A stretch of 64,000 bases of DNA, from positions 59,148,001 through 59,212,000 of the forward strand of contig CM060732.1 of NCBI GenBank assembly GCA_030704615.1, written 5' to 3'. Shown in pieces: positions 23,307-33,947 of this stretch (positions are counted from its first letter, which is position 1; every line of letters begins with the position of its first letter). A model generated the notes under the pieces. The model searched no databases. It was given only the letters and a program-made list of their open reading frames with translations, and was not told the origin of the DNA. The position numbers and the translations under genes are program-made. This DNA comes from Takakia lepidozioides. Lineage: Eukaryota > Plantae > Bryophyta.

Positions 23307-25800
23307 TTAAGTGTCAGGGTCCTCACTGACCACCTTCACTGGCTGATCACCCACTGGTGGTATGGAGGGTTTCAAGTCCCTCCTACTTCTTACCCATTCT
23401 TTGTTTGCCCCATCTCTTAGCCTGCATCTGCGTGCAGCTTCCCCTGTCCTTGTGGTGTTTCCCGCATCTTTGTACCCCAAAAAGTCATAGGGTCCCTCCC
23501 ATGGAGATGTCATGGAAGACTTCTTCCCAGGCCTCATCATCATCACCTTGTTGTTCTCCATCAACCTGCAGTAGCTGTGCCTTGTTTGATGTTTCCTTGC
23601 ATAATCTCTTGCCTGCTGATGCTGCGCTTTCTTCACATTTTTTCGCAGCTTAGCTTTTATCTCTGAGAGGAGCTGGATTTTTTTTTGCATCATAAGTGTG
23701 ACCTCTGCAACAGATCCATCAAGATTTACTGTTGTTGTGAGAAAGTGCAACCTGTTATCGATCCCCAGTCTTGGAATCCTACCAGTCAGCACTTGAAAAG
23801 GTGAGAATCTTGTTGAAGCATGAATACCCATTCTGTAACCAAACAAGGCTTTGTATAGGTTCTGATCCCACTCAGTGTCGTTTCCAACTCCCAAGGTGGT
23901 GATGCTCTGCTTGAGTGACTTAATCACTCTTTCCACCATACCATTACACTGCGGCCAGTAGGGAGCGCTATGCTCTCTTTTTATACCATATTCGCGGCAC
24001 GTATCTTCAAACTCACCTCCCCACTCTGTGCCATTGTCAGTGAGCAATGTGTGGGGGCAGCTATACCTGTTAATGACTTCCTCCTCAAGAAAGCGGGCAG
24101 TAAGTGCTGTTGTATGATCTGCCACTGGTGCAGCCTCTATCCATTTTGAGAAGTGATCTATTGCCACTAGAAAGTACTGATTTCCCCTGCTGGTTATAGG
24201 TAATGGTCCTGCCGTGTCAATTGCAACTCTGAAAAACAGATCCACTATTGGAATACTGTGCAGTTTTGAGCTACCTGAGCGCAACACTCCGTTCTGTTTA
24301 GCCATCTGACATTCGCCACAGCCTTTGAGTACTTGCCTGATGAGTTTTGTTCTGTCATGCCAGAAATACCGTCGGCATATCTCCTCTTGTGTTCTTCGGA
24401 CTCCAAAATGGCCCGTGGCCTTATGCACTTCAGTGATTATTGCCTCTCTGTCCGTTCTTGGTGGAACTACCCTTCCCTCAAAGTAGACCTCACCCTTGAG
24501 ATAGGAGTACTGCCTTGCCCGCCTGTTGGCTCTTTTGCTCTCCTCCTTTGTCAGATAGTCATTGACTTCTCCAAAACATAAGAGATGCATAACTTCCACA
24601 TCATCAAGTACATCAAGTTGCCTTTCCTCCTTAACAGCCACTGTATGATTGTCAGAGCTGATGAGAGACCTTTTCCCCCATCTTTCAGCTTCGCGTAATA
24701 GTGACATCTGAGTGGCCTTGGTGGGTGTGCTCCATGGCACCCAGTCCCCTTCATCATCCTTGTTATAAGAAGAAATGTCTTGTTCGGAACAATGTGGCCC
24801 ATCACTGTCTGAAGAATAAAATGTCTTGGTGGAACACTCACCCCCCATGTTCTCTTCAACTGGCCATTCTGACGAGGTAGTCACCCGAGTTTTTCTTGTT
24901 GTTTCTGTGCTTGTAGATTGTTGAAGGAAGGGTGTTTCTTGCAAGCTCCCCTCTTCATCGTTTGATCGTTCCTTCACAATTTTGCAGGCTGGCTGTACCT
25001 TGCTTAGCTCCTGATCACGAGCATATCTTTCCAAATACCCTCCCTGACCAGATTGATAGGACCTGATTGATCAATTCCCTTTCCTTGTTTCTTGGCAACC
25101 AAAGTCTGTGCAGCAAAAGTCACCCTTTTTTCCTCCCCATTTGGCATTGTACCTGGTTTCAGTCCTCCTTTCAATACAGCCTTGGTCAACCTTCCACCTG
25201 TGGAAGAGCTATCTATTCCAGGAACGAACTCAAATGAAAAGTCACCAAGCAAATCTATTCCTATGTGGTGCTCTGAGTACAGCCACCAATATGGGTCCAG
25301 ATATGTTTCTAAAGAAAAATGACTTCCCAACAGTGTTTTTTTTAAATGCCAAAGACCCCACACACATGCATAGTATTCTTCTCTTTTGCAGATCATTTCC
25401 CCTCTTTCACTGCTATACCCCACTTGCCTATGAGCATCTTCTCTCAACTCCTTCTTACCCTCCTTAAATTGAAATAGATAAGCCTTGATGGCACCCCTAT
25501 CCCACTCTAGTTTAAGAAGATAGGCTCCATCCCTCTTCCTTCCTTCCCTTTTCTGTCTGTATAAAGAAGTAGAGTATACCTCGATTTCCTCGGTTTCCTC
25601 TGCTGGTCCCACTGGATACCTGCTTAGCACATCTACGTTAGCATGCCTAGCACCTGCCCTATGAACAATTTTAAACTCAAAATCTTGTAACATCATGATC
25701 CATCTACCCCTGCGTCCATATGCGTCACTTACCGTTGCCAACCACTCCAGTGGTTTGTGATCAGTCCTGATTACAAAAGGGGTTCCATACAGGTACTGCC
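23307..25800 (-). pseudogene. pol of C, 3' part: end of RNase H, linker, integrase
   Basis: YLYGTPFVIRTDHKPLEWL, HFG..C..C, IDHFSKW, LTDNG, NGMVER, GPY; frameshift near 25030; no chromodomain. Confidence 0.92.
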
Positions 25801-26873
25801 TGTCGCGCGGCTTTTACTCACCCATCCCTTCGCTATCCGAGGCGGAAACTCCAAGATAGAAGAGTTGGAAATCTCTAAGTACTCAGCCCGCGCAGAACAA
25901 TCAGTCATGACCTACAGCTAGTGTATCATGGGGGTGTTTCCTATTTGTTTCCCTTTTCGCATTCATCTTGGCTACCTTACCATTGATAATTACGTATTAG
26001 TTTCCTTCACTCCTCCATTCAATCCACAGCTTCACTCAGATCTCTCTACACAGTGTGATTGTATCGTATAAATATCAGATTATGATTTATCAGGTATCAG
26101 GCCGAAGCCATTGTATCTCTATTCTCCTCTACAATATCCCTACGGCTTTGCATCTAACAAGCATCTACTAATCCTCCTTCATCGTGCTCTCCGATCTCCG
26201 CTTCCGCCTGACTCCCAAGTCCTCCCCCGAATAATGATCTCATCATAATCCCCGTTCTTCCCTTTATCCTCCTATCCGCGGTTCTAACCGTTTCCCTCTC
26301 TAACCGTCGTATGTGAACTAACATGTTCCCTTCTCTGGTGTTGTTCCCCACAGTCGTTCCCTGTCCTACTCTTCGTTCCCTATTATCGTGACAGCTGTGT
26401 CAAGCGGTGACTGGCTGTGTTTGGCTGTGTCGGGCTGTGACTGGCTGTGTGGCTATGCCGGGCTGTGACTGGCTGTGTGGGCTGTGTCTGCTGTGACGAC
26501 TGTGACGGGCTGTGTGGGCTGTGTGGGCTGTGTCGGCTGTGTGGGCTGTGTGGGCTGTGTCGGCTGTGTCGGGCTGTGTGGGCTGTGTGGGCTGTGACGG
26601 GCTGTGTGGGCTGTGACGGCTGTGTGGGCTGTGTGGGCTGTGTCGGCTGTGTGGGCTGTGTCGGCTGTGTGGGCTGTGACGGCTGTGTGGGCTGTGTCGG
26701 CTGTGTGGGCTGTGACGGCTGTGACGGCTGTGTGGGCTGTGTGGGTTGTGTAACCCCCTTCTACAGTGCTCTGCTGTCACCCCTAAGGTTCCTGTTTGTC
26801 TCAGTCTGTGCAAAAATTAAGGGTACCCTACAGATCCCGTATAAGTGTCTAAGTCCCCTACAGTCCTCTAACA
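25801..26873 (-). repeat. 3' LTR of B with ~360-bp GGCTGTGT minisatellite (26393-26752)
   Basis: Near-identical to 34536-35608; only one difference seen by eye (25810 G vs 34545 T). Confidence 0.95.
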
Positions 26874-26945
26874 TTACCCCTTCCCCCCTCAAAAAGCCGT
26901 GTCCTCACGGTTTATTGTTTTCGAGTAGCAAACCTTTGTGAGTGA

Positions 26946-29900
26946 TCACTTTGTTGACGTTGAGAGTTTCGTGGTGGGCTGTGGCCGCTGTGACTGGATT
27001 TTAACTTTTATCTTCTTTAGTGGACTTTCCCTGTTGGATAGTCCACTAGGATCACACATGCGACATGAATTCGGCTTTTCTGTACTTGCCGTTCGTTCTG
27101 TTTCCCTTTTTCCGTAATCATTAATGGGTCCGCCTTTCATCCCTTTTGACGGCCGTTCTTGTCCTCTTTCTTTTTGACACCTGTCCTTGCACTTCATTCT
27201 CTGCTGTGTGTCGCACCCTGACCTCCACGTGTCTATTTTTAAATTAATTTCCGTTTCTTCTTCCTTCAGCCATTTTACTGAAGTTTTTATGTGTCCACTT
27301 GTCACTGATTCTATGGATCGTGTAACTTTAGTAGGCTGTCTTGAGCTGTGATAGGCTGTGTTGCACTGTGGTAAGCTGTGATAGGCTGTGACACGCTGCG
27401 GTAGGTTGTGATAGGCTGTGTCACGCCTTGCTGGGTTGTGGTTGGCTGTGTCACGCCTTGCTGGGCTGTGATAGGCTGTGTCACGTCGTGACGGGCTGTG
27501 GTAAGCTGTGTTGCGCCTTGCTGGGCTGTGGTTGGCTGTGTCACATCGTGATGGGCTGTGATAGGCTGTGTCACGCCGTGATGGGCTGTGATAGGCTGTG
27601 GTGCGCCTTGCTGGGCTGTGGTTGGCTGTGTCACGTCGTGATGGGCTGTGATAGGCTGTGTCACGCCGTGATGGGCTGTGATAGGCTGTGGTGCGCCTTG
27701 CTGGGCTGTGGTTGGCTGTGTCACGTCGTGATGGGCTGTGATAGGCTGTGTCACGCCTTGATGGGCTGTGATAGGCTGTGTCACGTTTGTTTTGCCCACC
27801 CCGGTCATATATACTGGGCCTAGCGACAAGTGTTCCATACTCCGTTCGTAACACTGGTGCAGCCCGTGACTGCTCTTGCGGTTCAACATGCAAATCATGT
27901 TGCAGGGGTTTGTCATGGATACCACTGTACCCCTTCAACTTATTTGCATTGACTCTTCCCAGCATTTCTTTGTTAATGGTTTGTAACATGGCTGTGTTGT
28001 TATCATACATCTTTTGTATGACATAAGGTCCTTTCCATGGTGATTTAAGCTTAGAAGCTTGAATCTTTCCTTTCTTCTGCAACCATAAAACCAAATCCCC
28101 CGTCTTAAAAGTCTTTAATTTACCTTTATCAAACTGTTCCTTTCGCTTCATCTGAATTCTGGTCATATTATCAGCTGCATCAGCACGTACTTCTTCCACA
28201 TGGTATAATTCATGTTTCCTGACCTTGATGGAGTCTTGCAATTCCATTCTTTTTCCCCACTCTGTTCTCATGGTAGGTAACAGGAATTCCACTGGAAGTA
28301 AGGCTTCCATACCATAAACTAATTGGAATGGTGTATACTTAGTGGTGACTTTATATGAAGTCCTGTATGACCACAAAGCTGTCAGCAGCTTTGTATCCCA
28401 ATCCGTTCTGTTTGCATTGACTATCTTAGCCAAGATAGTACATAGTATTTTGTTGGTAGCCTCTGCCTGTCCATTACCCTGTGGGTAATATGTTGTACTC
28501 TTTCTATGCACAATCATAAACTCTTTAGTCAATAACTCAATGGTCTCATTCATGAAGTGACTTCCTTGATCACTGATAAATTCTAAGGGACATCCAAATC
28601 GTGTAAGTATGTTCTCGTACAGGAACCTTGCTGTGGACTTGGCTGTGTTGTCCCTCAAAGCTTTAGCTTCCACCCACTTTGTAGTATAATCAGTGGCTGT
28701 AATTATGTACCTGTTTCGTGTATTCTTGGATGGTGGATTAATTGGTCCAACAAAGTCTAGTCCCCATTTCTGAAATGGTTCCGTAGGCATTGTAGGATGC
28801 AAGGCCATTCTTCCAGATCTCTGCAAAGGTCCTAGCCTCTGACATTCATCACACTTCTGACAATACTCATGTACATCTTTGAACAACGTAGGCCACCAGT
28901 ATCCTGCGAGTAGTATCTTTCTACTGGTAGTCTCTTCTCCAAAATGACCTCCAGCCACTCCTTTATGAACTTCCTCCAAGACTTTATTTACTTCATGGTG
29001 GTACAAGCATCGTTTTAGTACTCCATCAGGTCCTAACTTATACATTCTGCTTCCTACCATAGTATAAGGTAAAGCTCTGATAGCAATTCTTTTCCTTTGC
29101 TCCTTACCATAACTAGGTGGGCACTGACCATGAGCAAGGTAGTATCTGATTGGCCATTGCCAATCTAACCATTCATCTGCACTTCCTTGCACCTCCATTA
29201 CAAATAAACTCGCATCAGGTAACTGATCGTCCACTCCTGTGGCGGCCTCTCCTGTTGTTAGTCGTGACAAATGATCTGCCACAAGATGCAAACGGCCAGG
29301 CTTGTAAATAACCTCGAACTCAAACTCATGCAAGATTATTAACCACCTCGCTATCCTTCCACTTATCAAAGGTTTGTTCACCAGATATATCAGAGCCTGG
29401 TGATCCACATAAAACATAAACTTTCTTCCCAATAGGTAATGCCTGAATTTCTTCACTGCATAGATCATTGCCAATGCTTCTCTTTCCGTTGTGCTATAGT
29501 TCCTCTCAGCACTGTTCATCAACCGGCTAGCATAGTACACAGGTGAATCTATATTCCCTGTAACATTCTGGGCTAACACCGCTCCCAATGCTTCTCCTGA
29601 TGCATCGCAGTGAACATGAAATACTACATGCCAGTGAGGGTTAATCAGCACAGGTGTAGTTGTTACTGACAGTGTAAGTTCCTCAAACGCCTGTTGACAT
29701 TCAGCTGTCCATGCAAACACTGCATCTTTCTTCAGAAGCTTGCTCAATGGTGCTGCTATTTGTGCATACCTTTTGACAAATCTTCTGTAATAACTGGTTT
29801 GCCCAAGGAATCTCCTTAAACTCTTAACATTCACTGGTGGTGGAGAGACTTTAATGGACTCTGTCTTCCTGGGATCCACAAGAAGTCCCTTCTTACACAC

Positions 29901-31709
29901 TATGTGTCCCAGAAGCACCCCTGAGTTCACACAGAAAGTACACTTCTCTGGATTCAAGCCCAGACCTCTCATCCTGCATCTGGCCAGGCATAACTCCAAT
30001 TTATGCAAGTGCTCATTCTTAGAGCTGTACACACTGAAATCATCCAAAAACACCTGCATGAAATCATCCAGATACTCTTGAAAAGATTCACTTATCACTC
30101 TCTGAAAGGTCGCTGGTGCATTACAAAGTCCAAAGGGCATGACTTTGTATGCATAAGCCCCCCAGTCTGTGATGAAAGCTGTTTTCCCTTGGTCTTCTTC
30201 TGCCACTTGCACTTGATTATAACCACTGAAGCCATCCATGAATGAGTACATCTCATGGCCTGCCACAGTGTCTAATACTGCTTCTGTGAATGGCAAAGGG
30301 AAAGGATCTTTCTTCGTACAAGCATTCAGCTTCTTATAGTTCACACATACTCTTAGTTTGCCATTCTTCTTGGGAACTATAACAATGGGTGACAACCAAG
30401 TTGTATACTCTATTGGGTATATAAACTTAGCCTCAGCCAACTTCTTTATCTCTTCTCCAACCTTCTGTGCGTAGTTGGGATTCATTCTATACCTCGCCTG
30501 CTTGATTGGCACTGACCCTGGTTCCAGTTCAATTTTATGCTGACAGACTTCAGGTGGTATCCCTTTTAGATCCTCATAGCTCCAAGCAAATACATCTCTG
30601 TATTTGATGAACAAGCTTTTAGCTTCTTCGAAGAATTCCGGCTCCAAATCAGCTCCTACTTTCACCATCCTTGGTTCCTCCGGAGTTCCCACATTTACTT
30701 CTCTCACCTGCTCATCAGCTGTGATTGTCCAACCAGTCACCACTTCATCCTGTAAGCTCACAGTGGCTGGTTCTTCTAGGATTTCTATTTCTCCTTCTCT
30801 TTCTTCATAGAAATGTGATGGGTAAATGCTGGTTTCTTCTTCCGTTGGTGTTGCTGTCACTACACCACAGCAGATACCTCTCAAACAACTTAGGCTTTCC
30901 AGCCGCATCTCTGCAACTTGCTCCCACTCTGGGTGTGCAGCAAATATGGTAGCTTCCTGCTCCTCATCCAGTCCTCCCCTCCAGTCATACTCTCTGACTC
31001 CTCGAGGTCTTCTTGTAGCAGGTAATCTACTAGATTTCTTTGTGGTAATTTGTATCTCGTGCATCCCATTATGCACAGTTAGTAACTGAGAATTCCAGTC
31101 ATGGAATACCCTGGCCTGTTTCAGCCACGGACGTCCCAATAATAAGGAATAAGCCTCCATGACTTCATCCATTTTTAATACAGTTACTGTGATCAGAAAG
31201 ATCATTTTCTGTATCTGTATCTTAACTCCTCTTATTAATCCCAATGGCTGTACACTTCTTTGATCTGCCATTGTTACTGTAAATGGGGCTGGTTTCATGT
31301 TACTTAGACCAAGCTTCTTCCTTAATTGGTCTGTCATGATATTTACTCCAGAACCACCATCTATCAGTACATCAGTTAGTTCTGTGCTTCCAATTCTCAA
31401 TTGGATTACTGGCATAGAATCATCAAAGTCCATGACTGGTTCTCGCCCTTCCGGCTTCACATTATAACTGGTCACCTTGCTGTTCAGGTCTGTGTTTCCT
31501 GTTTCTTGGGCAATTCGATTGATTGCCTGATACAGCCTGTGCCTACAATAAGGTGCCACAGCTAATAGCTGTCCAATGGTAATTTCTGCTTTGGTCTGAC
31601 ATATTACTTCAGCCAAAGTCTCTTCATTACTTTGCATGTCTGCATCTTCTTTTCTCCTTTCTTCCTCACTCTCCTCTTTTTCTCCATCCGAATCAGAGGA
31701 ATCTGCCAC
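26946..31709 (-). CDS. pol: Pol of B (PR-RT-RH-INT plus repeat-rich tail), 1587 aa open
   Basis: LIDGGSG, FLDD, DAS/EREAL, HHCC-DDE and GPY motifs, no stops. Confidence 0.95.
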   Translation of the reverse strand: MADSSDSDGEKEESEEERRKEDADMQSNEETLAEVICQTKAEITIGQLLAVAPYCRHRLYQAINRIAQETGNTDLNSKVTSYNVKPEGREPVMDFDDSMPVIQLRIGSTELTDVLIDGGSGVNIMTDQLRKKLGLSNMKPAPFTVTMADQRSVQPLGLIRGVKIQIQKMIFLITVTVLKMDEVMEAYSLLLGRPWLKQARVFHDWNSQLLTVHNGMHEIQITTKKSSRLPATRRPRGVREYDWRGGLDEEQEATIFAAHPEWEQVAEMRLESLSCLRGICCGVVTATPTEEETSIYPSHFYEEREGEIEILEEPATVSLQDEVVTGWTITADEQVREVNVGTPEEPRMVKVGADLEPEFFEEAKSLFIKYRDVFAWSYEDLKGIPPEVCQHKIELEPGSVPIKQARYRMNPNYAQKVGEEIKKLAEAKFIYPIEYTTWLSPIVIVPKKNGKLRVCVNYKKLNACTKKDPFPLPFTEAVLDTVAGHEMYSFMDGFSGYNQVQVAEEDQGKTAFITDWGAYAYKVMPFGLCNAPATFQRVISESFQEYLDDFMQVFLDDFSVYSSKNEHLHKLELCLARCRMRGLGLNPEKCTFCVNSGVLLGHIVCKKGLLVDPRKTESIKVSPPPVNVKSLRRFLGQTSYYRRFVKRYAQIAAPLSKLLKKDAVFAWTAECQQAFEELTLSVTTTPVLINPHWHVVFHVHCDASGEALGAVLAQNVTGNIDSPVYYASRLMNSAERNYSTTEREALAMIYAVKKFRHYLLGRKFMFYVDHQALIYLVNKPLISGRIARWLIILHEFEFEVIYKPGRLHLVADHLSRLTTGEAATGVDDQLPDASLFVMEVQGSADEWLDWQWPIRYYLAHGQCPPSYGKEQRKRIAIRALPYTMVGSRMYKLGPDGVLKRCLYHHEVNKVLEEVHKGVAGGHFGEETTSRKILLAGYWWPTLFKDVHEYCQKCDECQRLGPLQRSGRMALHPTMPTEPFQKWGLDFVGPINPPSKNTRNRYIITATDYTTKWVEAKALRDNTAKSTARFLYENILTRFGCPLEFISDQGSHFMNETIELLTKEFMIVHRKSTTYYPQGNGQAEATNKILCTILAKIVNANRTDWDTKLLTALWSYRTSYKVTTKYTPFQLVYGMEALLPVEFLLPTMRTEWGKRMELQDSIKVRKHELYHVEEVRADAADNMTRIQMKRKEQFDKGKLKTFKTGDLVLWLQKKGKIQASKLKSPWKGPYVIQKMYDNNTAMLQTINKEMLGRVNANKLKGYSGIHDKPLQHDLHVEPQEQSRAAPVLRTEYGTLVARPSIYDRGGQNKRDTAYHSPSRRDTAYHSPSRRDTANHSPARRTTAYHSPSRRDTAYHSPSRRDTANHSPARRTTAYHSPSRRDTAYHSPSRCDTANHSPARRNTAYHSPSRRDTAYHSPARRDTANHNPARRDTAYHNLPQRVTAYHSLPQCNTAYHSSRQPTKVTRSIESVTSGHIKTSVKWLKEEETEINLKIDTWRSGCDTQQRMKCKDRCQKERGQERPSKGMKGGPINDYGKRETERTASTEKPNSCRMCDPSGLSNRESPLKKIKVKIQSQRPQPTTKLSTSTK
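27345..27785 (-). repeat. 30-bp coding tandem repeat (DTAYHSPSRR/DTANHSPARR), about 14-15 units
   Basis: Seen directly; a 3-unit (90-bp) higher-order period is visible. Confidence 0.9.
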
Positions 31710-33925
31710 AGGAATATCAGTACTTTTTGCATTTCCCTTATAGTATCTGCCACTTCCTTGTGCAGTTCCTTCTCATCCTTCCAAGTCTCTTCCTCTTCAG
31801 GCATATCATTGCCACTTCCAGTCTCATCTTCTTCCTCTTCTACTGGAGGTATTAGTTTAGCTTTACTTCTTGTTACTATCATTGTACTTACTTCTGGTAC
31901 AACACATGGCCTAACCATGTGAGCTGCCACCACTGGGCCCTCATTCACAGGAGCTCTCATCTCATTCTGGTGTCTTATCCAGAATGAACAGGCTGCCTTG
32001 CGATGTCCTGGCTGATTACAATAGTAACATAGCTCTTCACCATTGGGTCCTCGCCCTTGGTCTGGTCTTGGATTATTTCTATAATCCTGATTCCCGGGCT
32101 GGTAATTCCCCCTCGGATTACCCTGATAGTTGCCTCTGGAATTTCCTTGGTAATTCCCTCTTGAATTGCCTCTTCCTTCCATGCCATTGTTATAACCACC
32201 AGACCTACCATAGTGGTCCTGATCATTGCTTCTTCTTGGCTGGGGTTGCACCTGATGCACCCTCACTTGCCTAGGTTCTCTGGCAGCTGTCCTTCTGTTG
32301 TAGTAACAATTCTCAGTAGAATGGTTATCCATTTTACAGATAGTACAGTGTTTCTCCTTCATGTGGCATTCTGTAGTGGTATGGCCTTCATTCTGGCACT
32401 TTGCACACCATACACCCTTCCTCCAATGTGTTGCAGCCTCTGTGGCATACTTCTTCAAGATTTCTTCCAATCTTTTCTCATAGTTATCCCTCTTCAACTT
32501 TTCCTTTCTCTTACTCTTTCTTTTTAGTTCTTGCTCTTCTTCTTCATCTGACTCATCTTCAGAGTCCTCATCTTCCTTTTTCTCTCTCCTGAGCATTCCC
32601 AATTGCTCAATTCTGTTCGCAGTTTCAAATGCCTCCTCCACTGTATTATGGGGTAACATATCCACTTTCTTCTGCAACTCTGGTCTTAGTCCACTCACAA
32701 ACCAAGTCTTCTGTAAACCGGGTGCTGGTACTGCAGCCAGCTTTTTCATCATCAATTCCATCTTCTCCATATACTCTTCAACAGTTTCATGCTTCTTCTG
32801 CTTCAGCTGTTGTAAACTTCCATACACTTCATCCTCAGTTTTACTTGTCCTGAACCTATTTCGAAATGCTGTATTCAAGCCATTCCAGGTTAGGAAATGA
32901 TTATCAGGGAATCTTGCATACCATTCACTTGCTTTCTTGATAAGTGAACAAGGAAACAGTCTCATCTTGGCATCATCGCCATTCTCATTGTTCACTATAC
33001 ACATGTGCTCAAATTGGCTAATGTGTACATCGGGATCCCCTTTTCCTGAATATATTGGAAAGGGTGGTTTTGCCCGTGTTGGTTGTAACGCCATCTGTGG
33101 CCCTACCTTCTGCCCACTGACAGGTGCTGGCACCCTTGCTGGTGCTGGTCCTTCTGGACCTGTTGTTTTTGTGGTGGATCTTCCACCAAGTGGTGGCCCT
33201 TGAGCACTCCCTGCTTCTGGCCCCACGATATTCACAGTATTCCCAGCTTCAGTTGCACTACTTCCCACACTCCCTGTCCCCCCAGAGCCAGATCCAGGCA
33301 GCCCGCCTGATCCCCCTGAGCCGACACCTTCGTTGGCCTGTGATCCAAGTGCTCCACTTGATCCAGGTCCAACGGGTTGGGATGTCCTGGTTGTAGTCTC
33401 AACCTCAGCTGTTGGGTCTACTTCTTCATATTCTTCCTCTTCCAATTTCTTCTCTCTGTTTTCATCATTCAAGTTCTGCCCTTGGGTTTCTTCTTCACTC
33501 ATGTAACTCAACTGTAATGGTGTTGGAGAGTCTGAACTCTCCGTTGGCTCTGCCACATCCTCATCTCCTTCTTCATCTTCTGCTTCAGAAACTGGAGTTC
33601 CTGCTTTTGGTGTTCCATGCCAACTTTTATCAAAGATTTCTGTCAAATCTTTTATCCAAGGATGTACCTCAGATCTTTCACCTTTTGATTGATCTTCTTC
33701 CTGTACCAATTCCCTTAATCTTTCTTGCAAAGAAACAGAAGGAGTGGCATCCAACTCTAGTTCTTCCGGTATAGGTGATGCACTTTTTGATCTTGATGGT
33801 GTGAGAGGTCCAGATGATTCCCCTATGTCTATTCCTCTCTCCCAAAGATATGGATAATTAGCTTTCAGATAGCTTTCCCTTTTTAATGAATATCTTTGTC
33901 GTCTAGCTTCTCTTTCATCACTCAT
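31604..33925 (-). CDS. gag: Gag of B (773 aa)
   Basis: Retrotransposon gag core (LKQKKHETVEEY, FVSGL), three CCHC knuckles, GNSRGNYQ repeats. Confidence 0.93.
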   Translation of the reverse strand: MSDEREARRQRYSLKRESYLKANYPYLWERGIDIGESSGPLTPSRSKSASPIPEELELDATPSVSLQERLRELVQEEDQSKGERSEVHPWIKDLTEIFDKSWHGTPKAGTPVSEAEDEEGDEDVAEPTESSDSPTPLQLSYMSEEETQGQNLNDENREKKLEEEEYEEVDPTAEVETTTRTSQPVGPGSSGALGSQANEGVGSGGSGGLPGSGSGGTGSVGSSATEAGNTVNIVGPEAGSAQGPPLGGRSTTKTTGPEGPAPARVPAPVSGQKVGPQMALQPTRAKPPFPIYSGKGDPDVHISQFEHMCIVNNENGDDAKMRLFPCSLIKKASEWYARFPDNHFLTWNGLNTAFRNRFRTSKTEDEVYGSLQQLKQKKHETVEEYMEKMELMMKKLAAVPAPGLQKTWFVSGLRPELQKKVDMLPHNTVEEAFETANRIEQLGMLRREKKEDEDSEDESDEEEEQELKRKSKRKEKLKRDNYEKRLEEILKKYATEAATHWRKGVWCAKCQNEGHTTTECHMKEKHCTICKMDNHSTENCYYNRRTAAREPRQVRVHQVQPQPRRSNDQDHYGRSGGYNNGMEGRGNSRGNYQGNSRGNYQGNPRGNYQPGNQDYRNNPRPDQGRGPNGEELCYYCNQPGHRKAACSFWIRHQNEMRAPVNEGPVVAAHMVRPCVVPEVSTMIVTRSKAKLIPPVEEEEDETGSGNDMPEEEETWKDEKELHKEVADTIREMQKVLIFLWQIPLIRMEKKRRVRKKGEKKMQTCKVMKRLWLK

Positions 33926-33947
33926 GTCCCATGTCTTTCATTTCTTT

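Noticed and set aside
26393-26941. His/Ser- and Cys/Gly-rich ORFs (HSPHSR, GCVGCV), also at 35135-35616
   Set aside because: By-products of the stop-free LTR minisatellite.
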